The notes beneath the pieces are model-generated. The model saw only the letters and a list, made by a program, of their open reading frames with translations. It searched no databases and was not told the origin of the DNA. DNA of 64,000 nucleotides from Octopus vulgaris (lineage: Eukaryota): assembly GCA_951406725.2 (NCBI GenBank), contig OX597836.1:32364001-32428000 (forward strand), given 5' to 3'. Of this stretch, positions 23,106 through 35,535 are shown piece by piece. Positions within the stretch are counted from its first letter, which is position 1. Each line of letters begins with the position of its first letter. Position numbers and translations under genes: made by a program.

Positions 23106-23280
23106 TAGTTCCTACACCACGTATAACTGACACTTCTAAATATGGACATCACACACATGCACACAGTACTGTAGTCGGAATATAAACCAGATGAAAATAT
23201 CTTAATTAAAAGTATTTTCCATTACAATTGAAGTAATGAGAAATGCTGAAACTAGCAGTTAATTCTTCCACATATCTCAT
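22361..23280 (+). repeat. Copy 1 of an inverted segmental duplication (partner 32965-33672)
   Basis: 22361-22520 matches the reverse complement of 33513-33672 at 158/160. 22593-22622 matches 33392-33421 at 30/30. Weaker colinear similarity continues at 23110-23280 vs 33220-32965. Confidence 0.92.
22728..23105. repeat. Compound trinucleotide microsatellite (ACT/ACC/GCT/TTG)
   Basis: Read directly from the sequence. Confidence 0.95.
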
Positions 23281-23484
23281 CGGATCATCTTTAACTTAAT
23301 AAAATCCATTGGACCAGGAATTTCTGGATTATATATTTAATTCTACTTATTGGGTGTCTTTAAAGAGTCTACTCTACTAGGAATGTTGAGGCAAGGTTCC
23401 CAGTTTCTGAATGCCTTACTTCATTCCATGAGCAGTAACCGTCTCTCTTGACTAAATGAAAGGTCATCATCATCATCATCACTA

Positions 23485-23805
23485 ACTGACACTCTGTCAG
23501 TTACAAAGATGTGAGTTCCAGTTGATCAAATCAATAGAACAGCCTGCTCGTCAAATTAACATGCAAGTGGCTGAGCGCTCCACAGACACGTGTGCCCTTA
23601 ACGTAACTCTTGGGGAGATGTGACTCAGAATGCGACAAAGCTGGCCCTTTGAAATACAGGCACAACTCATTTTTTGCCAGCTGAAGGGACTGGAGCAATG
23701 TGAAATAAAGTGTCTTGCTCAAGGATGCAGCAAACCACTGGGAAATCAAACTCATAACCTTATGATCATGAGCTGTATACCTTAACCACTATGCTATGCA
23801 TTTTC
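23485..23805 (-). mobile_element. Family F tRNA-derived SINE
   Basis: gttccagttgatc...gaacagcctgctcgt...caagtggctgagcgctccacagacac...ctggagcaatgtgaaataaagtgtcttgctcaagg. Other copies at 37175-37642, 46715-46790 and 49077-49253. Confidence 0.8.
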
Positions 23806-24122
23806 TCATCATCACCATCATCGTTTTAGCATCCACTTTCCCATGCTCATATGGATAGGATGGAAACGAGGCTGATTTTCTATGGCCAGATGCCCTTCTT
23901 GTCACCACCCCTCACCTGTTTCTAAATAAGGTAATATTTCCCCGTTAACCAGATCAGAAAGATTTGGAAATGCAGGGCACTGCTTGCTTTCCCCTCCACC
24001 ACCACCACGACCACCACCACCAAAATTTAGATTTGATGGTCATGGTTGTACCACCTCCCATCTCAGGTCTGTTTGCTTGATCTGGATTAATCTGGGGTTT
24101 ACTACTACTACTGCTGTTGCTG

Positions 24123-24161
<39 letters not shown>

Positions 24162-24194
24162 ATAATAATAATAATAATAATGATAATAATAATA

Positions 24195-24410
24195 ATTTCT
24201 ACTATAGGCACAAGGCCTGAAATTTGTGGAGAAGGTGTAAGTCGCTTACATTGACCCCAGTGCATCACTGGTACTTAATTTATCGACCCCAAAAGAATGA
24301 AAGGCAAAGCCAACCTCAGCAGGATTTGAACTCGGAACATAATGACAAATGAAATACCGCTAAGCATTTCGCCTGGGAATGCTTACGATTCTGCCAGCTA
24401 GCCACCTTCT
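24195..24410 (-). mobile_element. Family B SINE flanked by (AAT)n
   Basis: Reverse complement of the family B consensus. Confidence 0.85.
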
Positions 24411-24411
24411 C

Positions 24412-24450
<39 letters not shown>

Positions 24451-24834
24451 TAATAATGATGATGATGATGATAATGATAATTTATTGCTATTTCACATTT
24501 ATTATATACAATATTGCAACAACAAACCAGCAAGGGAGTTGGCTGCTACTTTGTTGGTCAGTCAGTTGGACAGCAACCAAACCTTCCTTCGCATCACACC
24601 TTATTGTCTTCATAATGAAAAGAACACACATCATATTAGAAGTTGTGGGTTATAACACTTTAAATGTGTCTCTGGTAATTCTCAGGTGTTTCATGAAATG
24701 TAATCCAATCAATTTGCTAGAATATTTGGCTGTGAAATATATTTGAGAAGTGACAGCTCTGCAAACAGCCAGACATGTGACTGGCGAAATGTAATAATAT
24801 GATGGCTAATTATTTTATATCTTTTTATCTTTTG

Positions 24835-25131
24835 AGAGCTTGCATGGCCTAGTGGATATGGTGTTTCACTCAGGATTCTGAGATCGCAGGTTTGATACCC
24901 AGATAGAGTGGGGGTTTCTGTTCTTGAGCAAAACACTTCGTTCATATTTCTCTCTAATCATTTTCACATCTGACATTTGGTACACCATGTGCCCATTTGG
25001 GCAACACCGATTTGATGAAGAGAGTGAGGTAATGTACAGCATGTACATTTGATCACCATAAACAAATCATTTTTGCAGGTCGTTCAGCAAAAAGCTGAAT
25101 GCTCACATGTCGTCTTCGACAGGAGAGTCTG

Positions 25132-25132
<1 letters not shown>
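24835..25132 (+). mobile_element. Family G tRNA-derived SINE
   Basis: gcatggcctagtggata...gtttgatacccag...ttgagcaaaacacttc...cgacaggagag followed by (CAT)n. Confidence 0.75.
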
Positions 25133-25168
<36 letters not shown>

Positions 25169-25180
25169 TATCATTATTAT

Positions 25181-25415
25181 TAAGATGGTGAGCTGGCAGA
25201 ATCGTTAGCATGCCGGGCTAAATGTTCAGCTGTATTTTATCTACCGCTATGTTCTGAGTTCAAATTCCATCGAGGTCGACTTTGCTTTTCATCCTTTCAG
25301 GATTGTTAAATGAAGTACCAGTTGCATACTGGAGTCAATCTAATTTCAGGCCTTGTGCCTATAATAGAAAGGATTCTTCTTCTTCTTCTTCTTCTTATTA
25401 TTATTATTATTATAA

Positions 25416-25458
<43 letters not shown>

Positions 25459-25702
25459 CATCATTATTATTATTACTATTATTATTAAGATGATGAACTG
25501 GCAGAATCATTAATACGCCATGCAAAACGCTTAGCAGTATTTCTTCTGCTGCTACATTCTGAGTTCAAATTCCGCCAAGGTCAATTTTGCCTTTCATTCT
25601 TTCAGGATCGATAAATTAAGTACCAGTGAAACACTAGGGTCAATGTAATCAACTACTCTCCTCCCTCAAAATTTCAGGCCTTGTGCCTTTAGTAGAAAGG
25701 AT
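25181..25702 (+). mobile_element. Two tandem Family B SINEs separated by (TTC)n(TTA)n
   Basis: Heads at 25181 and 25486. Both end in ccttgtgcct.ta.tagaaaggatt. Confidence 0.85.
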
Positions 25703-26064
25703 TATTATTATTATTATTATCATTATCATCATCATCATCATCATACATAACTGTAATGATTCTGTGGTAAATGAAAGAAAACATTATTGCTATCATTATG
25801 AAGACATGTGACTGGTGAAATGTAATAACATGATGGCTAACCATCACATATCTTTTTATCTTTGTGAGCTTGCATGGCCTAGTAGTTATAGTGCTGTACT
25901 CAAGATTGTGAGATTGTGGGTTTGATTCCCAGACAGGATGATGATCTGTGCCCTTTAGCAAAACACTTCATTTCACATTTCTCTGCCATCACTTTGACAT
26001 CTGACATGTGGCACGCCATGCACCTGAGCAGACAATATTGCTTTGATGTAGGGTTTTCTGGTTT

Positions 26065-26565
26065 CATCATCATTATACTCATTTATCGTCTGTTGTCCAT
26101 GCTGGCATGGGTTGGACGGTTTGACTAGGCTGCACCAAACTCCAGTCTGATTTGACATGGTTTTCTATGGCTAGATGCCCTTCCTAATGCCAACCACTCC
26201 AAGAGTGTAATGGGTGTTTTTACATGCCATTTGCATGACACCAGTATCTGCTACAACTGCAATTTTGCTTGGCTTGATGGGTCTTCTTCTCAAGTACAAC
26301 ATAATGCCAAAGGTCATGGTTATTGCCTCCATGAGGCCCAACACTGGAAAGGAACTCAGCCACTTTGCCTCCATGGCATAAATATTCCCCACCTGGATGG
26401 GATACTGATCCATTGCAGGATTACTCACTTTTGCCAGCTGAATGGATAGGAGCAATGTGAAATGAAGTGTTTTGCTCAAGAACGTGTGTCGCCTGGTCCA
26501 GGAACTGAAATCACAATCTTACGATCATTAGTTCAGCACCCTAGCCACTAAGCCATGCACCTCCA
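26065..26565 (-). mobile_element. Family C copy followed by a Family E/F-type SINE head
   Basis: ccatgctggcatgggttggacgg...ctagatgcccttcctaatgccaacc, then gccagctgaatgg...gaaatgaagtgttttgctcaagaac. Confidence 0.7.
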
Positions 26566-27490
26566 TTCAAGATCAAGTAGCCAAAGAAGAATCCTGTTTT
26601 CATGTCTTCTCTGGGATGTCTCTAGCTCTACCATATGTGATGCATTTGGTCACATTCCATTGAGAGTGTCTTGCTCAGATTATGACCATTTCAACCGACA
26701 CTCATAATAATAAAAATTATTATTATACCTGCATTTGTTTTAATGTTAACATTGGAAAAATCCACATTTTTCATAAAAATTAGGAGCTGGGTTTGCACCC
26801 CCTTAGCAAATTTTGTTGCTGAGCTACTGCAGGCTTCTTTCAGTTTCCATCTTCCATATCCACTTACAAGGCTTTGATCAGTCTGAGGCTATAGCAGAAG
26901 ACACTTGCCCATGGTGCCATGAGGTTGGGAAGCAAGCTTCTTACCACACAGTCATGATGTTAAAATTCAGTCAAACTAAAAATATGTCAGACAATCTGAA
27001 TAACAATAAGCTGCCAGTGTAGAATTAGACAATTTACTAATGGCTCTCAACAGCTAGTGCTATTTTGGTATAGTTCTGGATATTTTTTTTTTTTTTTTTC
27101 ACCAAATTTTCAACCATGGAGCTCACTGCAGGCAAACACTGCCTGTTTACAACAGATGAGATACAACAAAGTTTGCAAGTTTCTCATGAAGATCGATAGG
27201 AATTCAATCAAATGTATCCAGAAGATGGCATAGAATCAGTTGAAGATATGAATGATTTCAAGTGCAAATCGATAAATCCGTGCCCCAAGCATGGTTCTCA
27301 ATCAGCTGACAGTAGTAGTGATGCAACCGCGGTATTAATTCATAGATAACCAATTCCAGATAATATTGTCAGGCATGGCTGTATAGCTCAGAAATTCCTT
27401 TTTGCAACTAAATACCATATTTGCTGGTGCATAAGACATGCATTTTTTAGTTTTAAATGTATCAAATAATTGCTCTATGTCTCATGTGGC

Positions 27491-27625
27491 CAGGGCCAGA
27501 TTAAGACTCATAAAGACCCTATGCATTTAAAAGACTTTGGTGCCCCCATCTTTATATGCAATTCAAAATATAAACAATAATAAACTATAAAATTAAATCT
27601 CATTTTTCAAAATGAAACAAAACTA
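27491..27625 (+). mobile_element. hAT-like MITE, 5' fragment (same family as 20114 and 20954)
   Basis: cagggccagattaagactcataaagaccctatgcatttaaaagactttggtgccccc. Confidence 0.8.
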
Positions 27626-27832
27626 GGTGCAGGAGTGGCTGTGTGGTAAGTAGCTTGCTTACCAACCACATGGTTCCAGGTTCAGTCCCACTGAATTGAC
27701 ACTTTGGGCAAAGCATTGGTTAATCTGAAGCTATAATAGTAGACACTTGTCCAAGGTGTCACACTGTGGTACTAAACCCAGGTTTATGTTGTTCAGATGG
27801 AAACTTCTCACCGCACAGTCACTCCTGCCCCT
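27626..27832. mobile_element. Two Family A SINE heads fused in inverted orientation
   Basis: A + head at 27626-27712 is joined to a - head at 27713-27832. Confidence 0.75.
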
Positions 27833-27861
27833 GTATACATACATACATATGTATATATATA

Positions 27862-27914
<53 letters not shown>

Positions 27915-27961
27915 GTGTGTGTATATATATATATATACATATATATATACACACACACACA

Positions 27962-29213
27962 CTGTAAAAACCCATCTAATTTGCACACCTGTGTAATTTA
28001 CATAGATAATTTTCAGGATAAAATTTGTTAAAAAATGCTTCTACTTATGTAAAATCCGTACCCAAAAGTTTTCAGAATTGCCAATATATCCAGGGGAAAA
28101 TGGCTTTCAATTTAGTTGTAATTAGCGTAATTTCACTTATGATTAGATCTTATTAAATTTTCGTTAAATATAAATAATTTCTGTTTAACAGGTATCACAT
28201 TGAAAACTATTAAATTACAAAGTGTTTGTGTTGTTTATAATAAACTTTATTTTACATTTCTTACCCATAAAAGATTATGTCCGATCTTTAGCATACTGCT
28301 GTATGTCTTCTCAAATCATGATCGATCACAGGAAAAGTTGTTAAGAATTATCAACAAAAACAAAGCCGATAAATACACACAGGTGTTACAAATTAAGTTT
28401 AATCACCAATAAACATCAGCTTGGATGACGCTTTACTCAATCGACAGAGAAAGGTGACCGATCAAACCGATTATGTAAACAGAATTCTTTTCTGCCAATT
28501 CTTGTCTGAACCTTTGATTTGGAGTATCAAAAGTTTTATCCTTATCATACTTATAAAATATGAAGCAAACTTTAAAATTTGTCATTACCATTATTGTCAG
28601 TATGGGCAGAAATTATGAATCATTTACTGTGAAGGAGAAATTAAATATGTTGAATATGCATTTGAATGTGGCAAAAGAACTGCCAGAAGGCATTTTAATG
28701 GTAATGAAACCAATTTCGAAAATTGGTGTAAATAGTACAACAAACTTACAACTATGCCAAGTAATAAACAGACAAAAATAAAAACATAGATTATCCACAT
28801 CATTACATTTTTTCAGCCAAGAATATGCATATCACTATGTATATCAATGGTGCTCCATTGCAATTGGTAGAAAACTCCAAGCAATGTGAAATATAGGCCG
28901 GACCATGTTTACCAGCATGAACATCGAACTTCAAAAAGTAGTTAACCATTAAATGGTTTTAGTAAATTTATACAGAAAAAGTAAGCATTATACCATTCAG
29001 CATAAATAAAATTCAACTTCTTTATACGTATTTAAGCCATTATTTTTTCTGTAAAAACCTATTCTGACATTAAATGAGTCAACTTCCAGTTCGAATGTTT
29101 ATGTTTTGTGTCTTTTTTCAACAAAAAAAATTTTTTTTTAATTCTGGAAATGATCTGCACATGTAATTTACACATCTGCTAAAGTTTATTTTTATTTTTG
29201 AAAAAAAATGTAA
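27962..29213 (+). mobile_element. Internally deleted pogo/Tc2-like transposon with a Brinker-type DNA-binding-domain relic
   Basis: Left TIR ctgtaaaaacccatctaatttgcac. 28602-28780 (one frameshift) reads MGRNYESFTVKEKL-YVEYAFECGKRTARRHFNGNETNFENWCK, similar to the POGK/Tc2 BrkDBD N-terminus. Confidence 0.75.
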
Positions 29214-29229
29214 TATATATATATATATA

Positions 29230-30155
29230 TTGGATCATTTCATAAATAATGTGTTTTTTTTTATACTTCTTTTATTTTTCAAAATTAAGATAAGCCAAGT
29301 TCTTTTTCAATCTAAAATATACTCCCCTTCATTTTCTATAATGCTCTTCCATCTATCTGATTGACTTGCAAGGCCTCTCTTCCAAAATTCACTTTCCATG
29401 ATGAAAAATACTCCTCCAGTACTCGTCTGACCTTGCCTGCAGAATTCATATTTTTTCTGTCCAAATGAATTTGAAGACTGCAGAATAAATAATAATCAGA
29501 TGGGGCAATGTCTGGCAAATATGGTGGGTGGGAGAATCATTTCCCATTCAAACTGCTCCAGCCTTTGGAATGTCATCCTCGCTGTATGTGGCCAAGCATT
29601 ATCCTGATTGAAGAACAGCTTTTGTCTTGAAGCCAGAGATGGTCATTTTTCTTGTAGTGCTGACTTGAATGACTGGTTGACTTACCAAATCCAAGCTTCT
29701 CTGTTATTTATTCAACAGTTATGATGGGATTTTGTTCCACCAGGGTTTGCAGGATGTCCTTGTCAAGCTCTACAGATCTTCCAGGACAAAGCTCATCTTC
29801 TGGGCTGTAGTTTCCGGTCTGGAATTCCTAGAACCACCGTTATCACTGGCTTACACTTATTGTCCTACCCCCATATACTACATTAATATTCCTCACAATT
29901 TCCATTGCATTGTTGCCTTTATTGAACTCATAAAGCAAAATAAGTCAAATATGCTCCTTTGTCACTTCCATTATAGCTTTGCAAAAATAACTGTTAAAAT
30001 CGAACTGCACTCTTCAAAACTTGCACTAAGAATAAGTACTAGGTAAAAATACTACCTGCTTTTATAGCAAGTTGATGCAGGCAGTTTATCCCCCCCCCCC
30101 AACTTTTAGTTCATGCAATTGCAAAATAAACCGCATTATCTATGGGATGACCCAA
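29230..30155 (-). mobile_element. Internally deleted mariner (DD34D) element
   Basis: TIRs ttggatcatttcataaataatgtg / ccgcattatctatgggatgacccaa with TA flanks. The minus ORF relic from ATG 29971 reads MEVTKEHI.LILLYEFNKG...; the C-terminal part reads QDNAWPH...HPPYLPDIAPSDYYLF. Confidence 0.9.
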
Positions 30156-30552
30156 TACATATGCATGTAGTACATTGATGTAACACTGGTTTGAAGTGAT
30201 ATTTCCAAACGTGATATTTTTTTCTGAAAATATGGAGATATATGCTCGAAGGAACAGCACAGATTGCTTTGGAACCTCAGATCAATAACTGTTAATTACA
30301 AGAGTGTTATGGATAATTTACTTTATGGAGTCTTTAAATGTACATTATTACATATTAAAGAGAGAGAGAACTTTCTTTAGACGCCTGTTAGTTATAGATG
30401 AAGATTAAAGGAAAAACGTAATTCAATAAACATCCATAAATTACTTTAGAGACTGTTGATGTATGCATAGTTATATGTTATGTATGTATGTATGTATGTA
30501 TGTATGTATGTATGTATGTATGTATGTATTATGTATGTACGTACGTATGTAT

Positions 30553-31003
30553 GTAAAGGCAAGTGGTTTAGCGGTTAAGAGATTCAAATCACAATCGTAT
30601 GATTGTGATTTCAATATCTGGCAGCGCCTTTTGTCCTTGAGCAAGACACTTTATTTGTGGCTTGTCAGCTTCTTAGATGTTAATTTCAAGAGCAGGTTGT
30701 TCTTACTCATTGTTGTAATCAGTGGAGTGCCAGTGTGTGTGTTTGCTGGTATATGTATGTATATAAGTCACTTTATTTCACGTTGCTCCAGTTCACTCAA
30801 CTGTAGAAATGAGTTGCGACGTCACAGGTGCCAAGCTGTATCGACCTTTGTCTTTCCCTTGGATAACACTGGTGGCGTGGAGAGGGGAGGCCGGTATGCA
30901 TGGGCGACTGCTGGTCTTCCATAAACAACCTTGCCCGGACTTGTGTCTAGGAGGGTAACTTTCTAGGTGCAATCCCATGGTCATTCATGACCGAAGGGGG
31001 TCT
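30553..31003 (+). mobile_element. Family E SINE with a ~110-bp insertion
   Basis: ttgagcaagacactttattt [30657-30767 insert] cactttatttcacgttgctcc...catgaccgaagggggtct. Confidence 0.85.
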
Positions 31004-31290
31004 TTAAATAAGTATATATATGTATGCGTGCATATATATGTGTGTGCATATGTATGTGTATATGTGTGTATATATACATATTTATGTATATGTGTATGTA
31101 TATATGTATTTATGTAAAAGTGAATGTGTGTTTTTTCAATGTTTACAAATAACACAGAAAAAATAAATAGTTACCAGGGTAGCAAAAATTCAAACAAGTA
31201 CCAAGGATGTAACAGCCTACTTATAGAGGTAGAAACTCCAGGTTTAGGTGAAATGTTTTTATATAATATAGATAAATAAATAAATAAATG

Positions 31291-31360
31291 GAGTTAAACG
31301 CAGGTGTTATTCAAATCTTTTTCGTTATTCAAACATTTGAATAATACCTGCGTTTAACTC
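31291..31360. repeat. 26-bp inverted repeat at the end of a microsatellite-embedded insert
   Basis: gagttaaacgcaggtgttattcaaat / atttgaataatacctgcgtttaactc. Confidence 0.85.
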
Positions 31361-31374
31361 TATGTATCTATCTG

Positions 31375-31935
<561 letters not shown>

Positions 31936-32964
31936 TATATATATGTATACATTTATTTGTATGAGTCTTTGTGTGTCTGTATGTGTGTGTGTGACATATC
32001 TTGTCACAAGGACATATCTTGGCTACAGTTAGTCTATGTTTCTTGCACCTCCTCATAGAAAGATATGGTTGTAAACTAATTAAGATAATTATATAAAATA
32101 AAAGAGTCATTTGATCTCTTTTCTTCTCTCATGTCCATTATATTTTTAATTTCTCTATAAATCTTGAAAGCTGTTTTTTAAAATACCATTCATTGAAATA
32201 CGTTGTTGGATTCATCACCACCAAGGTTGCACTTCACCTGTTTATACAAAAGTGTAAACAGAACAACAGCTGGAGTTTTACCTTATACAGTGATACCTCA
32301 CAGTATGAATTTAAATCGTTCCATGGCCGATCTCATTTTATGATTTACTCATTTTACAAATCAATTTTCTCCATTAAAATTAACTAAAATATAATTAATC
32401 CATTCCAGCCCTCAAAATCCCCTTAAAAATAATTTTTTATGGGTTTTAAAGCAGAAAAGGTGTAGTTACAAGTAAAATGACAATTATAAAAAGAGAATGC
32501 AAAAGAAATATGTAAACTGGTTTTATTAACTGAATTACCGTAAAGATGGGATGATTTGTGTGCTCATACTGTGGATTTCCACTCATATTTCAAGACAAAA
32601 TTTTGCCTGAGTCTCAGCTTGTACAATGGGGCACTTGTACTGCAAGGTTTTACTGTATGTCAGTATTTTGGGGTTATGACCACTTTCTCAGGCCACATGG
32701 AAAAATGAGGATGTAGTAAGATGTTACTCAGATATGTGAGAGAGGATGGTGATATATGATGGATAGATATAATACCTTGCCTGGAAACAAATGAGGGTTG
32801 CTGATAGGAAGGATCCCCAATTCATGAAAATTCTTCTGCCTCAGCAAAATACCACCTGACCCATGCGAGCATAGATAAGGGAATATTAAACTGATAATGG
32901 TGATGATGATGATGGTGATGACAACAGTGATAATGATAAATTACACTATCTGTGTATTGTGCAT

Positions 32965-33672
32965 GTGTTAGATGTGAAGGAGATTTATTTGATATTTTTA
33001 ACATTTCTTATTTCAGTTGTAAAGAAGCATACTTTTAAAGATGTTTTCAATCTCGTCTGCATTATTCCAACAGCAACACAGAACATATGTATGTGTGTGT
33101 ATGTGTGTGTGTGTGAGTGAGTGTGCATGTATGAGAAAACATGTGTGTGTGTCTGAGTGCATGACATACATATTTAATAGGCTATTAGAAGTGTCGGGTG
33201 CACAAGTGTTGTAAGTACAGAGACAGAGGTAGGAATAGCAGTGGTAGTGAGGTTGGTGATGGTGGTGTAAGTGCAGACACAACTGTTTTAGTAGTAGTAG
33301 TAGTAGTAGTAGTAGTACAACAGTGACTAGTAACGATTGGCTGGTTGTTAAACTTATTCCGAAGTCAAAGCAGGGAACGGAGATAAGTTACTAATGACAG
33401 CTAAAAGGAAAATTCTGTTTCAAAAATGATGATAATAATAATAATAATAATAATGATAATAATAATGATAATGATAATAACAATGGTAATGATAATGTAT
33501 CCCCTTGATAATCATTTATCACAGCACAAAATCTAAACATTTATTAGTTATAATCTAAGTTGTTTGACAAAAGTTATTTTTATGGCTGAACAACTGACAA
33601 TAAATGTTAGAATGTTCCAGATAATTGACTTCAATCACAGCCATTTCATGTTCTTGACTCATTCAGAGTCAA
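32965..33672 (-). repeat. Copy 2 of the inverted segmental duplication
   Basis: See 22361-23280. Confidence 0.92.
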
Positions 33673-33869
33673 AGTCGGTGTTGAGATTAGTGAGGAATTG
33701 AACTCGTAACCAATTGAAATTGGTGCCCTGCGTTTTGTTGTTTAGCTCCAGGTGCAATGGTAGTACAGCTGTTTTTTAAACAGACGGTATGGGTTCAATA
33801 CCCATAAGCAGCCCTAAGTATTTTTGTACTATCTAACCCTATGCAAGTGTGAAACATGGGCGTTAAGCA

Positions 33870-33870
33870 A

Positions 33871-33904
<34 letters not shown>

Positions 33905-34105
33905 GGTGGTGGTGCTACTGCTGCTGTTGCTAATGATGATAATGGAGAGGATAAGAAAGGGGGAAGACGAGAAGGAGGATGATGGGGAGAGTGAGGATAA
34001 TGAAGAAGAACAGGATAAAGAGCACGATGGAAATAAAGAGGAGGATGAGGAGGAGAAGGAGGAGGAAGAGCACACGGCTGATGAAGAGTTGGAGGAGGAG
34101 GATGG

Positions 34106-34202
<97 letters not shown>
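33870..34202. repeat. Compound GAT/GGT/GAG triplet tract ending in a 92-bp perfect (GAT)n(CAT)n palindrome (34111-34202)
   Basis: Read directly; the centre is gatc at 34155-34158. Confidence 0.9.
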
Positions 34203-34444
34203 AATCCTGTTCTTTTGCCTATGTGCATGGAGACCAAGGTCGTATTCTCCAATGTGTTCATTTCTAAAATTATAGAGTGTAATTTGAGGAAGATTTGGCT
34301 GCCTTTTCTAGCAGATAAAATCAACCAGCTCGAGACTCTTAGTTGTAATGTTTCCATTGTTTACTTTCTGATCTGAGAAAGAAAGAGTGAGGAAGAGGAA
34401 AATCTTTTCCTCCCTCTCACTCTCTTTCTGTATCTTGTGTCATC

Positions 34445-35262
34445 TTTTATCTTTTACTTGTTTCACTCATCAGACACCGGCCATGCTGGGGCACCAACTA
34501 CAAGAGTTTTGTTGAACATATTGAGCCCTATTCTTTTTATCCTCTCACTTTTTTCTTGTTTAAGTTATTAGACTGTGGCCATGCTGGAGCACCACCTTGA
34601 AGAATCTTTGTCAAATGAATCAACCTTGGTAATTCTGTCCTGTTAAACCTGGTGCTTATTCTGCTGGTCTCTTTTGCTGAACCACTACATTACAGGGACA
34701 TAAACACACCAACACTGGTTGCCAAACAGTAGTGGGGAACAAACACAGACACAAAGAAACACACACACACACACACATATGCAACAGGCTTCTTTCAGTT
34801 TCTGTCGACCAAATCCATTCACAAAGCATTGGTCAGCCTGAGACTGTAGTAGAAGACATTTGTCCAAAGTGCCATGCAATGGGACTGAACCTGGAAACAT
34901 ATGCTTGGGAAGCAAGCTTGTTACCACACAGCCATGCCTGCACTTGTTACCTTTTTTTTTTTTGTATGTGGTAAATATTCTATTGGTGTCTTTTGCCAAA
35001 CTGCTAAGTTACTGGACTGATGCAAGCCAGCACCTGTTGTCAATCGGTAGGATGGGGGTCAAACATAAAGCCACACACACTCACGCACATGACAGGCTGC
35101 TGCTTTTAGTTTCTGCCTACCAAATCGACTCAAGACTTTCGTCATCCCAAGGCTATATAGTAAAAGATGAAGATACTTGTCCAAGGTGCTGTGCAGTGGA
35201 ACTGAACCCAAGCCCACATGGTTGAAAAAAATCAAGCTTCTTATCACACAGTTACACCTGTA
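34445..35262 (-). mobile_element. Tandem and partial Family A SINEs
   Basis: Repeated cttgtttca...ggccatgctgg and ccaaggtgc...ggaactgaacc segments. Confidence 0.8.
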
Positions 35263-35535
35263 CTTGTATCTCTCTATATCTCTGCCTTGTCTCACAAAAC
35301 AAAAAAATTAGCTAAAATTTTTTAAAAAAAAGGAGAAAACATTCTGATGTCTGCTGTTCATAAATAATCTTGAACTTGCTATTTCACTGAAAAAAAATCA
35401 AATTACAATCGAAATACATATATAATTTTGGTATTACTTTCATTTTTATATGATAGATATCAAATAGCTTTAACATGATTCTACCATAGAAATTCATTCA
35501 TCATCATCATCATCATTATTTTTACTGTTATTATT

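Noticed and set aside
22694-23185. 163-aa Thr-rich mucin-like ORF
   Set aside because: It is pure trinucleotide repeat, open in most frames on both strands, and the paralogous segment at 33220-33350 does not preserve it.
33870-34376. 168-aa acidic/poly-His ORF
   Set aside because: It is a compound triplet microsatellite starting in a retroposon (ATG)n tail.
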